From NCBI GenBank assembly GCA_963762565.1, contig CAVXLD010000003.1:385538-449537 (forward strand): a stretch of 64,000 bases of DNA, in the 5' to 3' direction. Positions 9,221 through 19,217 of this stretch are shown here, piece after piece. Made by a program: the position numbers and the translations under genes. The notes below the pieces were generated by a model. It worked only from the letters and a program-made list of their open reading frames with translations. It was not told the origin of the DNA and ran no database searches. Each line of letters begins with the position of its first letter. Position 1 is the stretch's first letter. The DNA is from an uncultured Verrucomicrobiae bacterium. Lineage in GTDB: Bacteria > Verrucomicrobiota > Verrucomicrobiia > Chthoniobacterales > JAFAMB01.

Positions 9221-10708
9221 CTATTGCTGAATTGCACTTTCCTCATGCGTCGGCCACTTGGAGACCTGGGAGGGAGTCGGCAAATGTGAAACATCCCAAC
9301 CGCCACCAAGCGCTTCAACCAGGGATACCGCGCTGGTCATCTGTAAAACTTGGACAGTGATGACGGCTTGCTGGTCGGTAAGCAGGGTGGTCTGAGCAGT
9401 GACCACATCAACGTACGGATCGATCCCGGTTTGGTATCGGCTCATCTCCAGGGTCAAAAACTCTTCGGCGGATTTCTCAGCGTCGCGCTGTTCCCGCAAT
9501 TGTTTGGAGTACAGACGGATTTCGGCCAGGGCATCTTCTGTCTGTTGAAAGGCGGTGAGCACAGTCTGCCGGTAGGCGTACAAATCAGAGTTATAGGTGG
9601 CAATGAATTGATGAACCGTCGCAGTCCGAAGACCCGCATCAAATATGGTTTCAGAGGCGGACGGACCGATTGACCAAGTGCGGTTTGACGAATGAAATAG
9701 ATTGCTGAAATGCTGGCTCTGAAATCCCGCGTCAGAACTCAACTCGAAAGTTGGGAAATAGGCGGCATAAGCCTCGCCGATTTGCGCGTTAGCAGATGCC
9801 ATCGTCCGTTCCGCACCGGCGATATCGGGTCTGCGTTCCAGTAATTGGGAGGGAACACCGACCGGGATCCGAGGCGGCTCCCGATGTAAAGTTCTGACTG
9901 GAATGGAAAAGTTAGAAGCGACTCTACCGAGTAATACGGCGATAGCATGTTCGAATTGGGCTCGAGCAACGCCGATATTAGTGGCTGTGGCCTCGGCGTT
10001 TTGCAGGGTGTTCTGAGCTTCTACAACCGAAATCTTATCCGTGATTCCGGTTTCGTACTGGACTTGGTTGTAAGCGAGCGCCTTTTCGAAAGCAACGATG
10101 GTATCGTTAAAAAGTTTCTGTAGCGTGTCCTGGCCGCGAATCTGGAAGTAAAGCGTGGCCAGGGTAGCCTGTTCGGTTAATTTCTCATTCTCCAGGTCAG
10201 CGGCGCTGAGCTGCGCGGTATATTGGGCTGACCGGATCGCGTTCCTGACTTTACCCCAGACATCAGCCGCCCATGAGATTTCCAATGTGGACAGGATAGT
10301 AGTGATCGGGTTGAGCGGCGGGGTGCGTGCCTTGGTCCAGGAGGCGTTAGCGGTAAGAGTAGGATAAAGCTGGGCGTTGGCTTCCGCGATTAGCGCCCGG
10401 GCTTCCATGAAGTTCTGGAAGAACTCTTTAATGTTCTGGTTATTGATATTGAGTTGATCTTCCAGCGCATTCAGATCCGGATCATTGAAAACTCTCCACC
10501 ATTCTCCGCGCAACATCGCATCTCGCGGTTGGGCGATATCCCAACCTTCGGAATTTTTATAGTGAGCGGGAATCTCTTTGTAAGTGGATGGTAGCGGTTC
10601 CTGGGTAGCGGCCGGCCTATGGTATCTCGGACCCACTAATATGCATCCCGTTAAGGTGGACAGCATGACGCAGAGACAGATCCGGAATGTTGGTTGGAAG
10701 TAACTCAT
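9221..10708 (-). CDS. RND efflux outer-membrane lipoprotein (NodT/OprM family)
   Basis: 495 aa. Lipobox LSTLTGC near the N-terminus. Two TolC-like repeats (LDLNALEDQL..., RPDIAGAERTMASANAQIGEAYAAYFP). Confidence 0.9.
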   Translation of the reverse strand: MSYFQPTFRICLCVMLSTLTGCILVGPRYHRPAATQEPLPSTYKEIPAHYKNSEGWDIAQPRDAMLRGEWWRVFNDPDLNALEDQLNINNQNIKEFFQNFMEARALIAEANAQLYPTLTANASWTKARTPPLNPITTILSTLEISWAADVWGKVRNAIRSAQYTAQLSAADLENEKLTEQATLATLYFQIRGQDTLQKLFNDTIVAFEKALAYNQVQYETGITDKISVVEAQNTLQNAEATATNIGVARAQFEHAIAVLLGRVASNFSIPVRTLHREPPRIPVGVPSQLLERRPDIAGAERTMASANAQIGEAYAAYFPTFELSSDAGFQSQHFSNLFHSSNRTWSIGPSASETIFDAGLRTATVHQFIATYNSDLYAYRQTVLTAFQQTEDALAEIRLYSKQLREQRDAEKSAEEFLTLEMSRYQTGIDPYVDVVTAQTTLLTDQQAVITVQVLQMTSAVSLVEALGGGWDVSHLPTPSQVSKWPTHEESAIQQ

Positions 10709-10754
10709 CGGTTAGTTGATGGTCAAAAGCTTTCTAGCTGAGTGCGGGGCGCAT

Positions 10755-10915
10755 CGTTCTCGTCCTCGTCGTCGTCCTCGTCCTCGTCCTCGACTCAGGC
10801 CGAGCGCTATGTCGGAGTGCCGGACTATCGAGGCGATCCAAAACAGACCTGCATTCCTCAATACTCCAGCGCCCCGATTTCGAGGACGAGGACGACGACG
10901 AGAACGAGGACGAAA
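10755..10915. repeat. GAC/GTC-rich palindromic element between mdtC-like and the OMF gene
   Basis: Left arm cgttctcgtcctcgtcgtcgtcctcgtcctcgtcctcg (10755-10792) is largely complementary to right arm cgaggacgaggacgacgacgagaacgaggacg (10881-10912). Confidence 0.7.
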
Positions 10916-10943
10916 TGCCCGGCCAGCGGCGTCTATTTCCACG

Positions 10944-13900
10944 TCACGCGGTTGCCTCTCCATGATGAAACACATCGGGTTTCTCGCCTTTTATTCGCAG
11001 CCGGAGGCGGTCGAACGCGAGGTAAAGAACGGGGGTGGTATACAGCGTTAGGAGTTGGCTCACAATGAGGCCGCCGACAATGCTGATTCCAAGCGGGCGT
11101 CGCAGCTCTGAACCGGTACCGGTGCCTAGCGCCAACGGTAATGCGCCGAACAGGGCGCACATCGTCGTCATCATGATCGGGCGAAAGCGCAGCATGCAGG
11201 CTTCAAAGATCGCGTCCGCGGTACCTTTTCCTTCCAGGCGCTCCGCTTGCAGGGCGAAGTCGATCATCATGATCGCGTTCTTTTTTACGATTCCGATCAG
11301 CAGTACGATGCCGATAATCGAGATCACGTTCAGATCGCTGTTCCCAATGGTTAGCGCCAGCATGGCGCCTACACCGGCGGACGGCAAAGTGGATATAATC
11401 GTGATGGGATGCACCAGATTTTCGTAGAGAATCCCGAGAACGATATAAACGGCGAGCAGCGCCGTTAGTACCAGGAGCGGCATTGTACCCAGCGACTGTT
11501 GGTAACCGAGGAGGGTACCGGCATAAAAACCTTGGATAGAAGATGGCATTCCAAGCTGTCTCTGCATATTCGTGATCTGGGTGGTGGCATCACTGAGAGA
11601 CATGTTTGGCGCCAGATTAAATGAAACCGTTACCGACGGGAATAAACCCGTATGATTAATGGCCAGGGGAATGGTATTCGCCTGGTTCGTGGTTAACGCA
11701 AAGAGGGGGATGTGACCGTTGTTTGAAGAAGACACCAGGTATACATCCTTGAAGTTCTCCGGGCTTTGAAAGTAGGGTGGCGCCACTTCCAAGACGACAT
11801 AGTACTGGTTCAATTGGGTGTAGATCACGGATACCTCGGCTTGACCAAATGCGTCGTAAAGCGCGGTATCTAGGTTCTGAACCGTCAATCCTAACTTAGC
11901 CGCGGTCGTTCGATCGTAAGTGAGATATTCATCCCGGCCACCATTCTGTTGGTCCGAGTTAACATCTTGAAATCCTGGTATCCCTCGCATGGCGTTCATC
12001 AGGATCGGTCCCCAATGAGCGAGCTCTTTCGCGCTGTCGGATTGAATCGTATACTGATATAGAGCGTTGCTGCCGCGGCCCCCGATACGGATGTCCTGTG
12101 CCGCTTGGAGGAATACGGATGCGACCGGCAGACGGCTCAGTTGGGGACGCAGACGATTGATGATGGTAGCGGCATCAACCTTCCGTTCGGCCAAAGGTTT
12201 AAGGGAAATGTAAACAAACGCAGTATTCGTCGCGCCTTGACCACCGGTGAACTCGATGACGTTAGCTACGCCGGGATCGTTCTTAATCACTTTACCGATC
12301 TGTTGAATCGCGTTGTTAATGGTGGCAAAGGATGAATCCTGTGGACCTTGAACTCCACCAACGATGGCGCCGGTGTCTTGCTGCGGGAAAAAGCCTTTCG
12401 GCATATTAGTGATCAGCACCACATTGAGCCCAATCAAAAGCAACAAGACCACCAGCGGCAGGGTCGGATTGTCGAGAACCCAGACCAGGCTGCGGCGATA
12501 AATAGATTGCACCCAGTTAAACGCCTGTTCGTTAGCTCGGTAAAGCCGACCATGTTTCTTGGTGCGTTCGCTTTTTAAAATGTAGGCGCACATCATGGGG
12601 GTCGTGGTCAGTGAGATGAACATCGACACCAGAATGGCAGTCGAGAGGGTAACAGCGAACTCCCGAAATAGACGGCCGACGATTCCGCCCATGGCTAAAA
12701 GAGGGATGAAGACGGCAATCAGCGATATACTGATTGAAAAGACGGTGAAACCCATTTGCTGCGTACCCCGGAGCGCAGCTTCCAGCGGTTTCATGCCTCC
12801 TTCCAGGTAGCGCGTGATGTTTTCCATGACGACGATGGCATCGTCGACCACAAACCCTGTCGAAATGGTCAGCGCCATTAAAGACAGGTTATCGATGCTG
12901 TAGCCGAACAGATACATTACTGCGCAGGTGCCGATGAGTGAGACTGGAACGGCGACAGCCGGGATGAGCGTAGCCCGAGGATTACGCAGAAAGACAAAAA
13001 CGACTACGATTACGAGAACCACCGAAAGCATGAGCGTTCGCTCAACGTCTTCGACCGAAGCGCGAATTGTGGTGGTTCGATCCATCACCACGGTCACATC
13101 GATCCCTTCCGGGATTGACGCTTTGATCCAGGGGATCTGGCCTCGCAGCCGGCCTACCGTGTTGATGATATTGGCTCCCGGTTCCCGGAAGATGATCAGG
13201 GTGACGGCACGTTGGCCATTTAGAAAGCCGCCGGCGCGGATGTTCTGAACGGAGTCTGTCACTTGGGCAACGTCCGATAAGTGCACGGCCGCGCCGTTGC
13301 TATAACCGACAATCAGGGGTTTATATTCCTCAGCATGGAAAATCTGGTCGTTGGCTAAGATGTCCCTGGTGATATTTCCATCAGTGAGTTGACCCTTTGG
13401 GAGATCGGCGTTCTGCACGCTTAAGATCGACTGCACATTTGCCATGCTGAGGCCGTAGTTAGCTAATTGGGTCGGGTTAACATCCACCCGCACGGATGGC
13501 AACGCGCCCCCTCCAACGTTCACCTGGCCGACACCCTTAACTTGCGAGAGCTTTTGTTGAATGACGGTGGAGGCTTCGTCATACATCTTAGCCGCGCCGT
13601 ATTTGTCCGAGGTAAGAGCAAGAATCATGATCGGCGCGTCGGCGGGATTGACCTTTCGATAGGTCGGATTCGACGGCAAGTTTGCAGGTAGATAAGTGCG
13701 GGCAGCATTGATAGCCGCTTGCACATCTCGAGCGGCGCCATCGATGTTGCGGCTGAGGTCAAATTGGATGGTAATTGATGTGGTGCCCAGCGAACTGGCT
13801 GACGTCATTTCCGTAACGCCGGCGATATGACCGAATTGTCGCTCCAAAGGAGTGGCAACGGACGAGGCCATGATCTCGGCGCTGCCTCCTGGCAAACTGG

Positions 13901-14045
13901 CACTGACGGAAATGGTGGGAAAATCCACTTGGGGCAAAGGAGACACGGGCAGCACCGAGTAGGCAATCGCTCCGGCAAACGCGATGCCGACGGTGATCAA
14001 GGTCGTCCCCACCGGACGACGAATGAACGTTTCCGAGAAGTTCAT
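10944..14045 (-). CDS. mdtC: RND multidrug efflux permease, MdtC-like
   Basis: 1033 aa. MNFSETFIRRPVGTTLITVGIAF start and RND motifs. Its start overlaps the upstream RND gene by 4 nt. Second of two tandem RND permeases, the hallmark of mdtABC. Confidence 0.88.
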   Translation of the reverse strand: MNFSETFIRRPVGTTLITVGIAFAGAIAYSVLPVSPLPQVDFPTISVSASLPGGSAEIMASSVATPLERQFGHIAGVTEMTSASSLGTTSITIQFDLSRNIDGAARDVQAAINAARTYLPANLPSNPTYRKVNPADAPIMILALTSDKYGAAKMYDEASTVIQQKLSQVKGVGQVNVGGGALPSVRVDVNPTQLANYGLSMANVQSILSVQNADLPKGQLTDGNITRDILANDQIFHAEEYKPLIVGYSNGAAVHLSDVAQVTDSVQNIRAGGFLNGQRAVTLIIFREPGANIINTVGRLRGQIPWIKASIPEGIDVTVVMDRTTTIRASVEDVERTLMLSVVLVIVVVFVFLRNPRATLIPAVAVPVSLIGTCAVMYLFGYSIDNLSLMALTISTGFVVDDAIVVMENITRYLEGGMKPLEAALRGTQQMGFTVFSISISLIAVFIPLLAMGGIVGRLFREFAVTLSTAILVSMFISLTTTPMMCAYILKSERTKKHGRLYRANEQAFNWVQSIYRRSLVWVLDNPTLPLVVLLLLIGLNVVLITNMPKGFFPQQDTGAIVGGVQGPQDSSFATINNAIQQIGKVIKNDPGVANVIEFTGGQGATNTAFVYISLKPLAERKVDAATIINRLRPQLSRLPVASVFLQAAQDIRIGGRGSNALYQYTIQSDSAKELAHWGPILMNAMRGIPGFQDVNSDQQNGGRDEYLTYDRTTAAKLGLTVQNLDTALYDAFGQAEVSVIYTQLNQYYVVLEVAPPYFQSPENFKDVYLVSSSNNGHIPLFALTTNQANTIPLAINHTGLFPSVTVSFNLAPNMSLSDATTQITNMQRQLGMPSSIQGFYAGTLLGYQQSLGTMPLLVLTALLAVYIVLGILYENLVHPITIISTLPSAGVGAMLALTIGNSDLNVISIIGIVLLIGIVKKNAIMMIDFALQAERLEGKGTADAIFEACMLRFRPIMMTTMCALFGALPLALGTGTGSELRRPLGISIVGGLIVSQLLTLYTTPVLYLAFDRLRLRIKGEKPDVFHHGEATA

Positions 14046-17000
14046 CCGTGTGCTGGTTCGCTGAACTCGCCTCCGTTTTCAGGATCGCGCTGCTTGCGTG
14101 AAAAGCGGCGCGAGAGATTGTCAAAAAAGATGTAAATAACCGGAGTGGTGTAAAGCGTCAGGACTTGGCTAAATATCAGTCCTCCTACCATCGCGATACC
14201 GAGCGGACGGCGTATTTCGGAACCGAATCCTGAGCCAAACGCCAATGGTACACCGGCCAATAGGGCGGCCATTGTGGTCATCATGATGGGACGAAAGCGC
14301 AACAAACAGGCCTCGTAAGCCGCTTCAGTAGCATTTTTCCCTCGCTGTCTGGACGCTTGCAGAGCGAAGTCGACAATCATGATGCCGTTCTTTTTGACAA
14401 TGCCGAGCAATAGAACCAGTCCGATGATAGCGACCACACCGAGGTCCTCATGAAAGAGAATCAAGGCTAACAGCGCGCCCACACAGGCAGAGGGCAACGT
14501 CGACAAAATGGTGATGGGGTGAATGAAGTTTTCGTAGAGGATCCCCAGGACGAGGTAGACGGTGATCAAAGCAGCCAGAATGAGTATCGGCTCGTTAGTC
14601 AGTGAGGCTTGAAATGATGCGGCTGTACCTTGGAAACCAGCCTGGATGCTGGCGGGCATGTGCAGGTCCTTTTGCGTTTTCTCGACTAGTGATATGGCTT
14701 CGCCAAGCGAGGTGTTCGGGGAGAGATTGAACGAAACGGTGACCGCGGGGAATTGACCCTGGTGATTGATTGCGAGGAGTTCGGTTGTGTTTTCGAAATG
14801 GCAAAACGCGCTCAACGGAACCAGGTTGCTCAATGTGGAACTGGTCGAGCCGGCTGAAGTGGCGCCGGTGCTAGCGGTCTTGTTTGACAGAGCGTTCCCG
14901 GGTGGGTTCAACGTGTTGGCTGCCGAAGTATAAAGAACGGGACCGGTTAGAGCATTTGAACCAGCCGAGGATGAACCCGAGGCTGAGAAGGAGGTAGACG
15001 CCCCGGGGCCACTCGTCCCTTGAGAAGTGTTAGCCTGAATATAAATCTGATTCAGGTTGGATGGGTCTATCCTGAATGACGGCTCAACTTCCAGCAGGAC
15101 GTGGTACTGATTGACCTGCGTGTACATCGTATTGATCTGTCGCTGACCAAATGCGTCGTACAGCGTGTTGTCGATGGCGTTCGGCGCGATGCCCAGTCGC
15201 GAGGCCGTAACTCGATCGATCTTTAAACGGACGGCGAGTCCTCCCGGTTGTTGATCGGTGGCGACACTCTCCAGTTGTGGCAATGTCTTAAGGCGATCGA
15301 CAAAACGGTCAGTCCAAGTGGTCAATTCCGTGGCGTCTGGACCTTCCAGTGTGAACTGGAACTGGGCCCGGCTCACCCGATCATCCACTGTGATGTTCTG
15401 GACCGGAGTCATGTACAGGTGGATTCCTTGGACCTGTTCCAGTTTTGGCGTTAGCCGGCGAATAACATCGGCCGCACTAACGCGTTCTTCCAGCGGCTTG
15501 AGATTGATCGACATTCTCCCGCTGTTGATCGTGGTGTTAGTTCCGTCTGCACCGATAAAAGAGGAGAGGCTTTCCACCGCCGGGTCTTGGAGAACGACCT
15601 TGGCTAGTTCTTGTTGTTTCACCGCCATCTCCTTGGACCCGATGGTCGGCGGTGCTTGCGTAATCCCTTGAATCACACCGGTATCCTGGGCTGGGAAAAA
15701 GCCTTTCGGGATGACGATGTAGAGGTAGACGGTAAAGACTAGAGTTACGACCGCGACAACGAGGGTGAGTCCCTGATGTTGGAGAACGATCTTCAGGGTG
15801 CGTCCGTAAAACGCGATCATGCCTTCAAAAGCGCGCTCGGACAGCCGGTAGAATCTGCCTTGCTGGGCTTCCGGCTTATGCTTAACAATGCGAGCGGTCA
15901 TCATCGGCGTTAAGGTCAAAGAAACCACCGCCGAGATGACGATTGTCACTGCCAAGGTAACCGCGAATTCTCGGAAGAGACGTCCAACCACGTCGCCCAT
16001 AAAGAGCAGCGGAATCAGTACGGCAATCAGGGATACGGTTAATGAAAGAATGGTAAATCCGATCTGCTCCGCACCCTTTAGAGCCGCTTGCATTGGTGGT
16101 TCGCCCTCTTCGATGTAGCGGGTGATGTTTTCGATCATCACGATGGCGTCATCCACCACAAACCCGGTGGCAATGGTGAGGGCCATTAGCGACAGGTTGT
16201 CCAGGCTGTACCCGAGAAAATACATGGCCGCGAAAGTGCCCACTAACGACAAAGGCACCGCGACGCTGGGGATGATCGTGGCCGAAAGACTTCGTAAGAA
16301 GAGAAAGATGACCATCACGACCAAACCGATGGTTAGCATCAATTCAAACTCTACATCTGCTACGGACGCGTTAATGGCGGTGGTGAGGTCGGTAAGGGTG
16401 GTGATCCGGATACTGGCCGGCAGACTGGATTGAAGGCTCGGCAAAAGGTGTTTAATACTGTTTACCACGCTGATCGTGTTAGCGCCGGGCTGCCGTTGCA
16501 CATTCAGAATTACGGCCGGCGTGGTATTCATCCAGGCCGCTTGCTGGTTGTTCTCGACGCCATCGATAACCCGGGCCACGTCGGTCAGCATGACGGGAGC
16601 GCCGTTCCGGTAAGCGACAACCACGTTGTGATAGTCATTGCTGCTGACCAGCTGATCGTTGGCATCGATCTGGAAGTTCTGGCGTGGACCGTCGAAATTG
16701 CCTTTGGCCGCGTTCAAGCTGGTGTCCACCAAGGCGGTTCGCACGTCCTCCAAATTGATGCCGTAAGACGACAGGGCGGTAGGGTTAACCTGAATGCGCA
16801 CCGCGGGTTTTTGACCACCACTTATGCTGACCAGACCGACCCCGCTCAACTGCGCGATCTTAGGCGCCAGACGGGTATCAACCAAGTCCTCCACTTGGTT
16901 AAGTGGCATCGCATCCGAAGTGATCGCCAGCGTGATCACTGGGGCGTCGGCCGGATTCGTCTTATTATAAACTGGTGGTGCCGGCAGGTTAGCCGGCAGC

Positions 17001-17353
17001 AAGCTTTGGGAGGCGTTGATGGCAGCCTGAACTTCTTCCTCGGCGACATCGAGTTTGAGGGTCAACGTAAATTGCAACACGATCACCGATGTCCCGCCGG
17101 AACTGCTCGACGTCATCTGGTTCAGTCCCGGCATTTGCCCGAATTGGCGTTCGAGCGGCGCAGTGACCGTGGTCGCGACTACATCCGGACTGGCGCCCGG
17201 ATAAAATGTGACCACCTGAATGGTCGGATAATCAACCTGCGGCAAAGCAGAGACCGGGAGTTGTAAATAAGCAACGGCACCGGTCAGGAAGATGGCGACC
17301 ATTAGCAGCGACGTTGCTACTGGTCGCAGGATAAATGGGCTGGACGGACTCAT
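14042..17353 (-). CDS. mdtB: RND multidrug efflux permease, MdtB-like, with a low-complexity periplasmic insertion
   Basis: 1103 aa. MSPSSPFILRPVATSLLMVAIFL start and RND motifs. About 70 extra Ser/Thr/Gly/Ala-rich residues compared with the neighbouring paralogue. Confidence 0.88.
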   Translation of the reverse strand: MSPSSPFILRPVATSLLMVAIFLTGAVAYLQLPVSALPQVDYPTIQVVTFYPGASPDVVATTVTAPLERQFGQMPGLNQMTSSSSGGTSVIVLQFTLTLKLDVAEEEVQAAINASQSLLPANLPAPPVYNKTNPADAPVITLAITSDAMPLNQVEDLVDTRLAPKIAQLSGVGLVSISGGQKPAVRIQVNPTALSSYGINLEDVRTALVDTSLNAAKGNFDGPRQNFQIDANDQLVSSNDYHNVVVAYRNGAPVMLTDVARVIDGVENNQQAAWMNTTPAVILNVQRQPGANTISVVNSIKHLLPSLQSSLPASIRITTLTDLTTAINASVADVEFELMLTIGLVVMVIFLFLRSLSATIIPSVAVPLSLVGTFAAMYFLGYSLDNLSLMALTIATGFVVDDAIVMIENITRYIEEGEPPMQAALKGAEQIGFTILSLTVSLIAVLIPLLFMGDVVGRLFREFAVTLAVTIVISAVVSLTLTPMMTARIVKHKPEAQQGRFYRLSERAFEGMIAFYGRTLKIVLQHQGLTLVVAVVTLVFTVYLYIVIPKGFFPAQDTGVIQGITQAPPTIGSKEMAVKQQELAKVVLQDPAVESLSSFIGADGTNTTINSGRMSINLKPLEERVSAADVIRRLTPKLEQVQGIHLYMTPVQNITVDDRVSRAQFQFTLEGPDATELTTWTDRFVDRLKTLPQLESVATDQQPGGLAVRLKIDRVTASRLGIAPNAIDNTLYDAFGQRQINTMYTQVNQYHVLLEVEPSFRIDPSNLNQIYIQANTSQGTSGPGASTSFSASGSSSAGSNALTGPVLYTSAANTLNPPGNALSNKTASTGATSAGSTSSTLSNLVPLSAFCHFENTTELLAINHQGQFPAVTVSFNLSPNTSLGEAISLVEKTQKDLHMPASIQAGFQGTAASFQASLTNEPILILAALITVYLVLGILYENFIHPITILSTLPSACVGALLALILFHEDLGVVAIIGLVLLLGIVKKNGIMIVDFALQASRQRGKNATEAAYEACLLRFRPIMMTTMAALLAGVPLAFGSGFGSEIRRPLGIAMVGGLIFSQVLTLYTTPVIYIFFDNLSRRFSRKQRDPENGGEFSEPAHG

Positions 17354-18636
17354 GTACCCTGACTGCCGTGCTGTTTCTGACCACCGCCCTGCTTTTGGTT
17401 ATCCTGTTTGTCTGGACTCCCTTGTTTTTGCGGGCCACCAGGCCCAGGCTTGCCGGGTGCAACGGTGACCTTGCTGTTGTCCTGTAGTTTGTCGAAGCTA
17501 CTGTCGGCCAGCACATCGCCGGGATTAATTCCATCGACCTGGGTTAGCCCGTTATCGGAGACTCCCGGCTTGATGTTCTTCAAATGGGCGACGTTGTCTT
17601 GAACGACATACACAAACGACGTCTGACCATTTTGCTGGATGGTTGAGGATGGAACCAATGTCACGCCCTGCAGCGTTTTTACTAGCAGACGCGCGTTGAC
17701 AAATTGATTGGGGAACAGGGCAAAGTCAGTGTTGGGAAAACTCGCCCGGACTTTCACCGTGCCGGTGGTAGTGTCGATCTGGTTATCCACCGCAATTAAC
17801 TCGCCGGTTGCCAGTTTCTTTTGTGCTGCCCGATCATAGACATCAACCGTAAGCTTGGCGCCGTTGCGCAGCTGCTCCTCAACTTGGTCCAGGTTATCTT
17901 CCGCGATAGTAAACACTACCGTGATCGGTTGGATCTGGGTGATAACCACCAATGGCGTAGAGCTACTGCTGCTCGAGCTGGTGCCGGCGGTTACCAGGTT
18001 CCCAGGATCGATGGGACGTAGTCCAACCCGTCCCGGGATCGGAGCGGCGATATGACAATATTCGACCTGGAGCTGGTCAAACTGGACTGCTCCTTCATCA
18101 TTTTTTACCGTTCCTTGTTCCTGGAGCACCAGCTTCTCCTGGTCGTCCAGAATTTGTTTAGCGACACCGTTCCGGGCCCAAGCATCGCGATAGCGTTGAA
18201 GGTCCATTTGGGCCTGCCCTAATACGTTCTGATCTCGTTGGAGGGCGCCTTGCGCCTGTACTAACTGTGCCTGGTATTGGCGGTCATCAATATCGACAAG
18301 CGGATCACCTTGCTTAACGATTTGGCCTTCCTGATAGTTCACCTTGGTTACCACCCCAGTCACCTGACTGAAAATGGAAGCGGTGTAGACCGGGGTCACG
18401 GTTCCGATGGCGTCCAGGTAGTCGCCAATGTCTCCCTTCGTTGCCGTGGCTGTGGTGATCATGGTGGCTCCAACCACGCGCCCCTTCGGCGCTTCCTTGG
18501 GCATCGAGATCAGGTAGAACCCAAGCGCGAATAACCCCAACACCGCAATCCAGATCAGCACTCGAAGAAATCGGCTCCGCTTAGGGGTAGAGGGTGGAGC
18601 GGGTTTGGTTTTTAGATTTGTCGTCTGAACACTCAT
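17350..18636 (-). CDS. mdtA: RND efflux periplasmic adaptor, MdtA-like
   Basis: 428 aa. Membrane anchor, coiled coil (QYQAQLVQAQGALQRDQNVLGQAQMDLQRY), beta-barrel. 4-nt overlap with the mdtB-like start. Poly-Ser run and a Q/G/K-rich C-terminal tail. Confidence 0.88.
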   Translation of the reverse strand: MSVQTTNLKTKPAPPSTPKRSRFLRVLIWIAVLGLFALGFYLISMPKEAPKGRVVGATMITTATATKGDIGDYLDAIGTVTPVYTASIFSQVTGVVTKVNYQEGQIVKQGDPLVDIDDRQYQAQLVQAQGALQRDQNVLGQAQMDLQRYRDAWARNGVAKQILDDQEKLVLQEQGTVKNDEGAVQFDQLQVEYCHIAAPIPGRVGLRPIDPGNLVTAGTSSSSSSSTPLVVITQIQPITVVFTIAEDNLDQVEEQLRNGAKLTVDVYDRAAQKKLATGELIAVDNQIDTTTGTVKVRASFPNTDFALFPNQFVNARLLVKTLQGVTLVPSSTIQQNGQTSFVYVVQDNVAHLKNIKPGVSDNGLTQVDGINPGDVLADSSFDKLQDNSKVTVAPGKPGPGGPQKQGSPDKQDNQKQGGGQKQHGSQGT

Positions 18637-18910
18637 TCGGTCGGTACGAATCTACTATCCGGGGTGTGGATCTAGGGCGACCGCGAAGTGCGGGGCAATC
18701 TATGCCACCCGCACGATTCGGTCGATGTTAATTTACGAAGCGCTGTTTCGATCTTTAAGTGCCGCGATACAAGCGGATTTTATGCCCTCGCTGGTTGGAG
18801 TGTAGTTTTTCGAGGGGGGGCGTCCTCTGGCTGCTGATTAATAAGCTCTTACTATCGTGCAAACTGCAGGGAAGATAAAACTCATTCTGCAGGGTGCATT
18901 GTGACAATCG

Positions 18911-19130
18911 TGGAGCGTGCCTCACTTGCGAGGCCGTGGTGAGCAGGGGAGAAATCGTGAAGTAACCCATTGTTGTCTGCCCTCTATGCCGCCGTGTCTT
19001 CACACCTTGTAGAGCGCAGTCAGACAGGGTGATTGAATGCGGGTAATCCCTTTGTTCACCACGGCCTCGCAAGCGAGGCACGCTCCACGGTTCCGACCGA
19101 TTCGGCCTGGAAAGCGAGGCACGCTCCACC
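18911..19130. repeat. R2 (CCTCGCAAGCGAGG family) inverted pair
   Basis: tggagcgtgcctcacttgcgaggccgtggtgagcagggg (18911-18948, reverse orientation). Faces caccacggcctcgcaagcgaggcacgctccacgg plus a second partial unit (19066-19130). Confidence 0.75.
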
Positions 19131-19217
19131 ATTTCTAACTCGCCACGGCGGGCACATCCCGCCAACAGCTAAACTCATCCCAGGAATTTCGTTCCACCAA
19201 CTCCGTAAGCAACGAAA

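Noticed and set aside
10716-11068. ORFs 10716-11051, 10742-11068 and 10712-10975 with poly-Ser, poly-Arg or RGRGR runs
   Set aside because: They are translations of the GAC/GTC-rich palindromic element and of the antisense strand at the 3' end of mdtC, so they are not genes.
16430-17266. 278-aa plus-strand ORF (and many 60-215-aa ORFs such as 29-676, 12928-13248, 15258-15671, 21507-22082, 50573-51163)
   Set aside because: They lie antisense or out of frame within long, motif-supported genes (RND permeases, glcE/glcD, the halogenase-like gene). Their compositions are Arg/Gly-rich shadow-ORF compositions typical of GC-rich DNA.
18911-19130. R2 inverted pairs as integron attC sites or retron-like structures
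   Set aside because: There is no integron integrase, no cassette ORF arrays and no reverse transcriptase in the window. The pairs sit in ordinary intergenic spacers. A REP/BIME-like interpretation is simpler.
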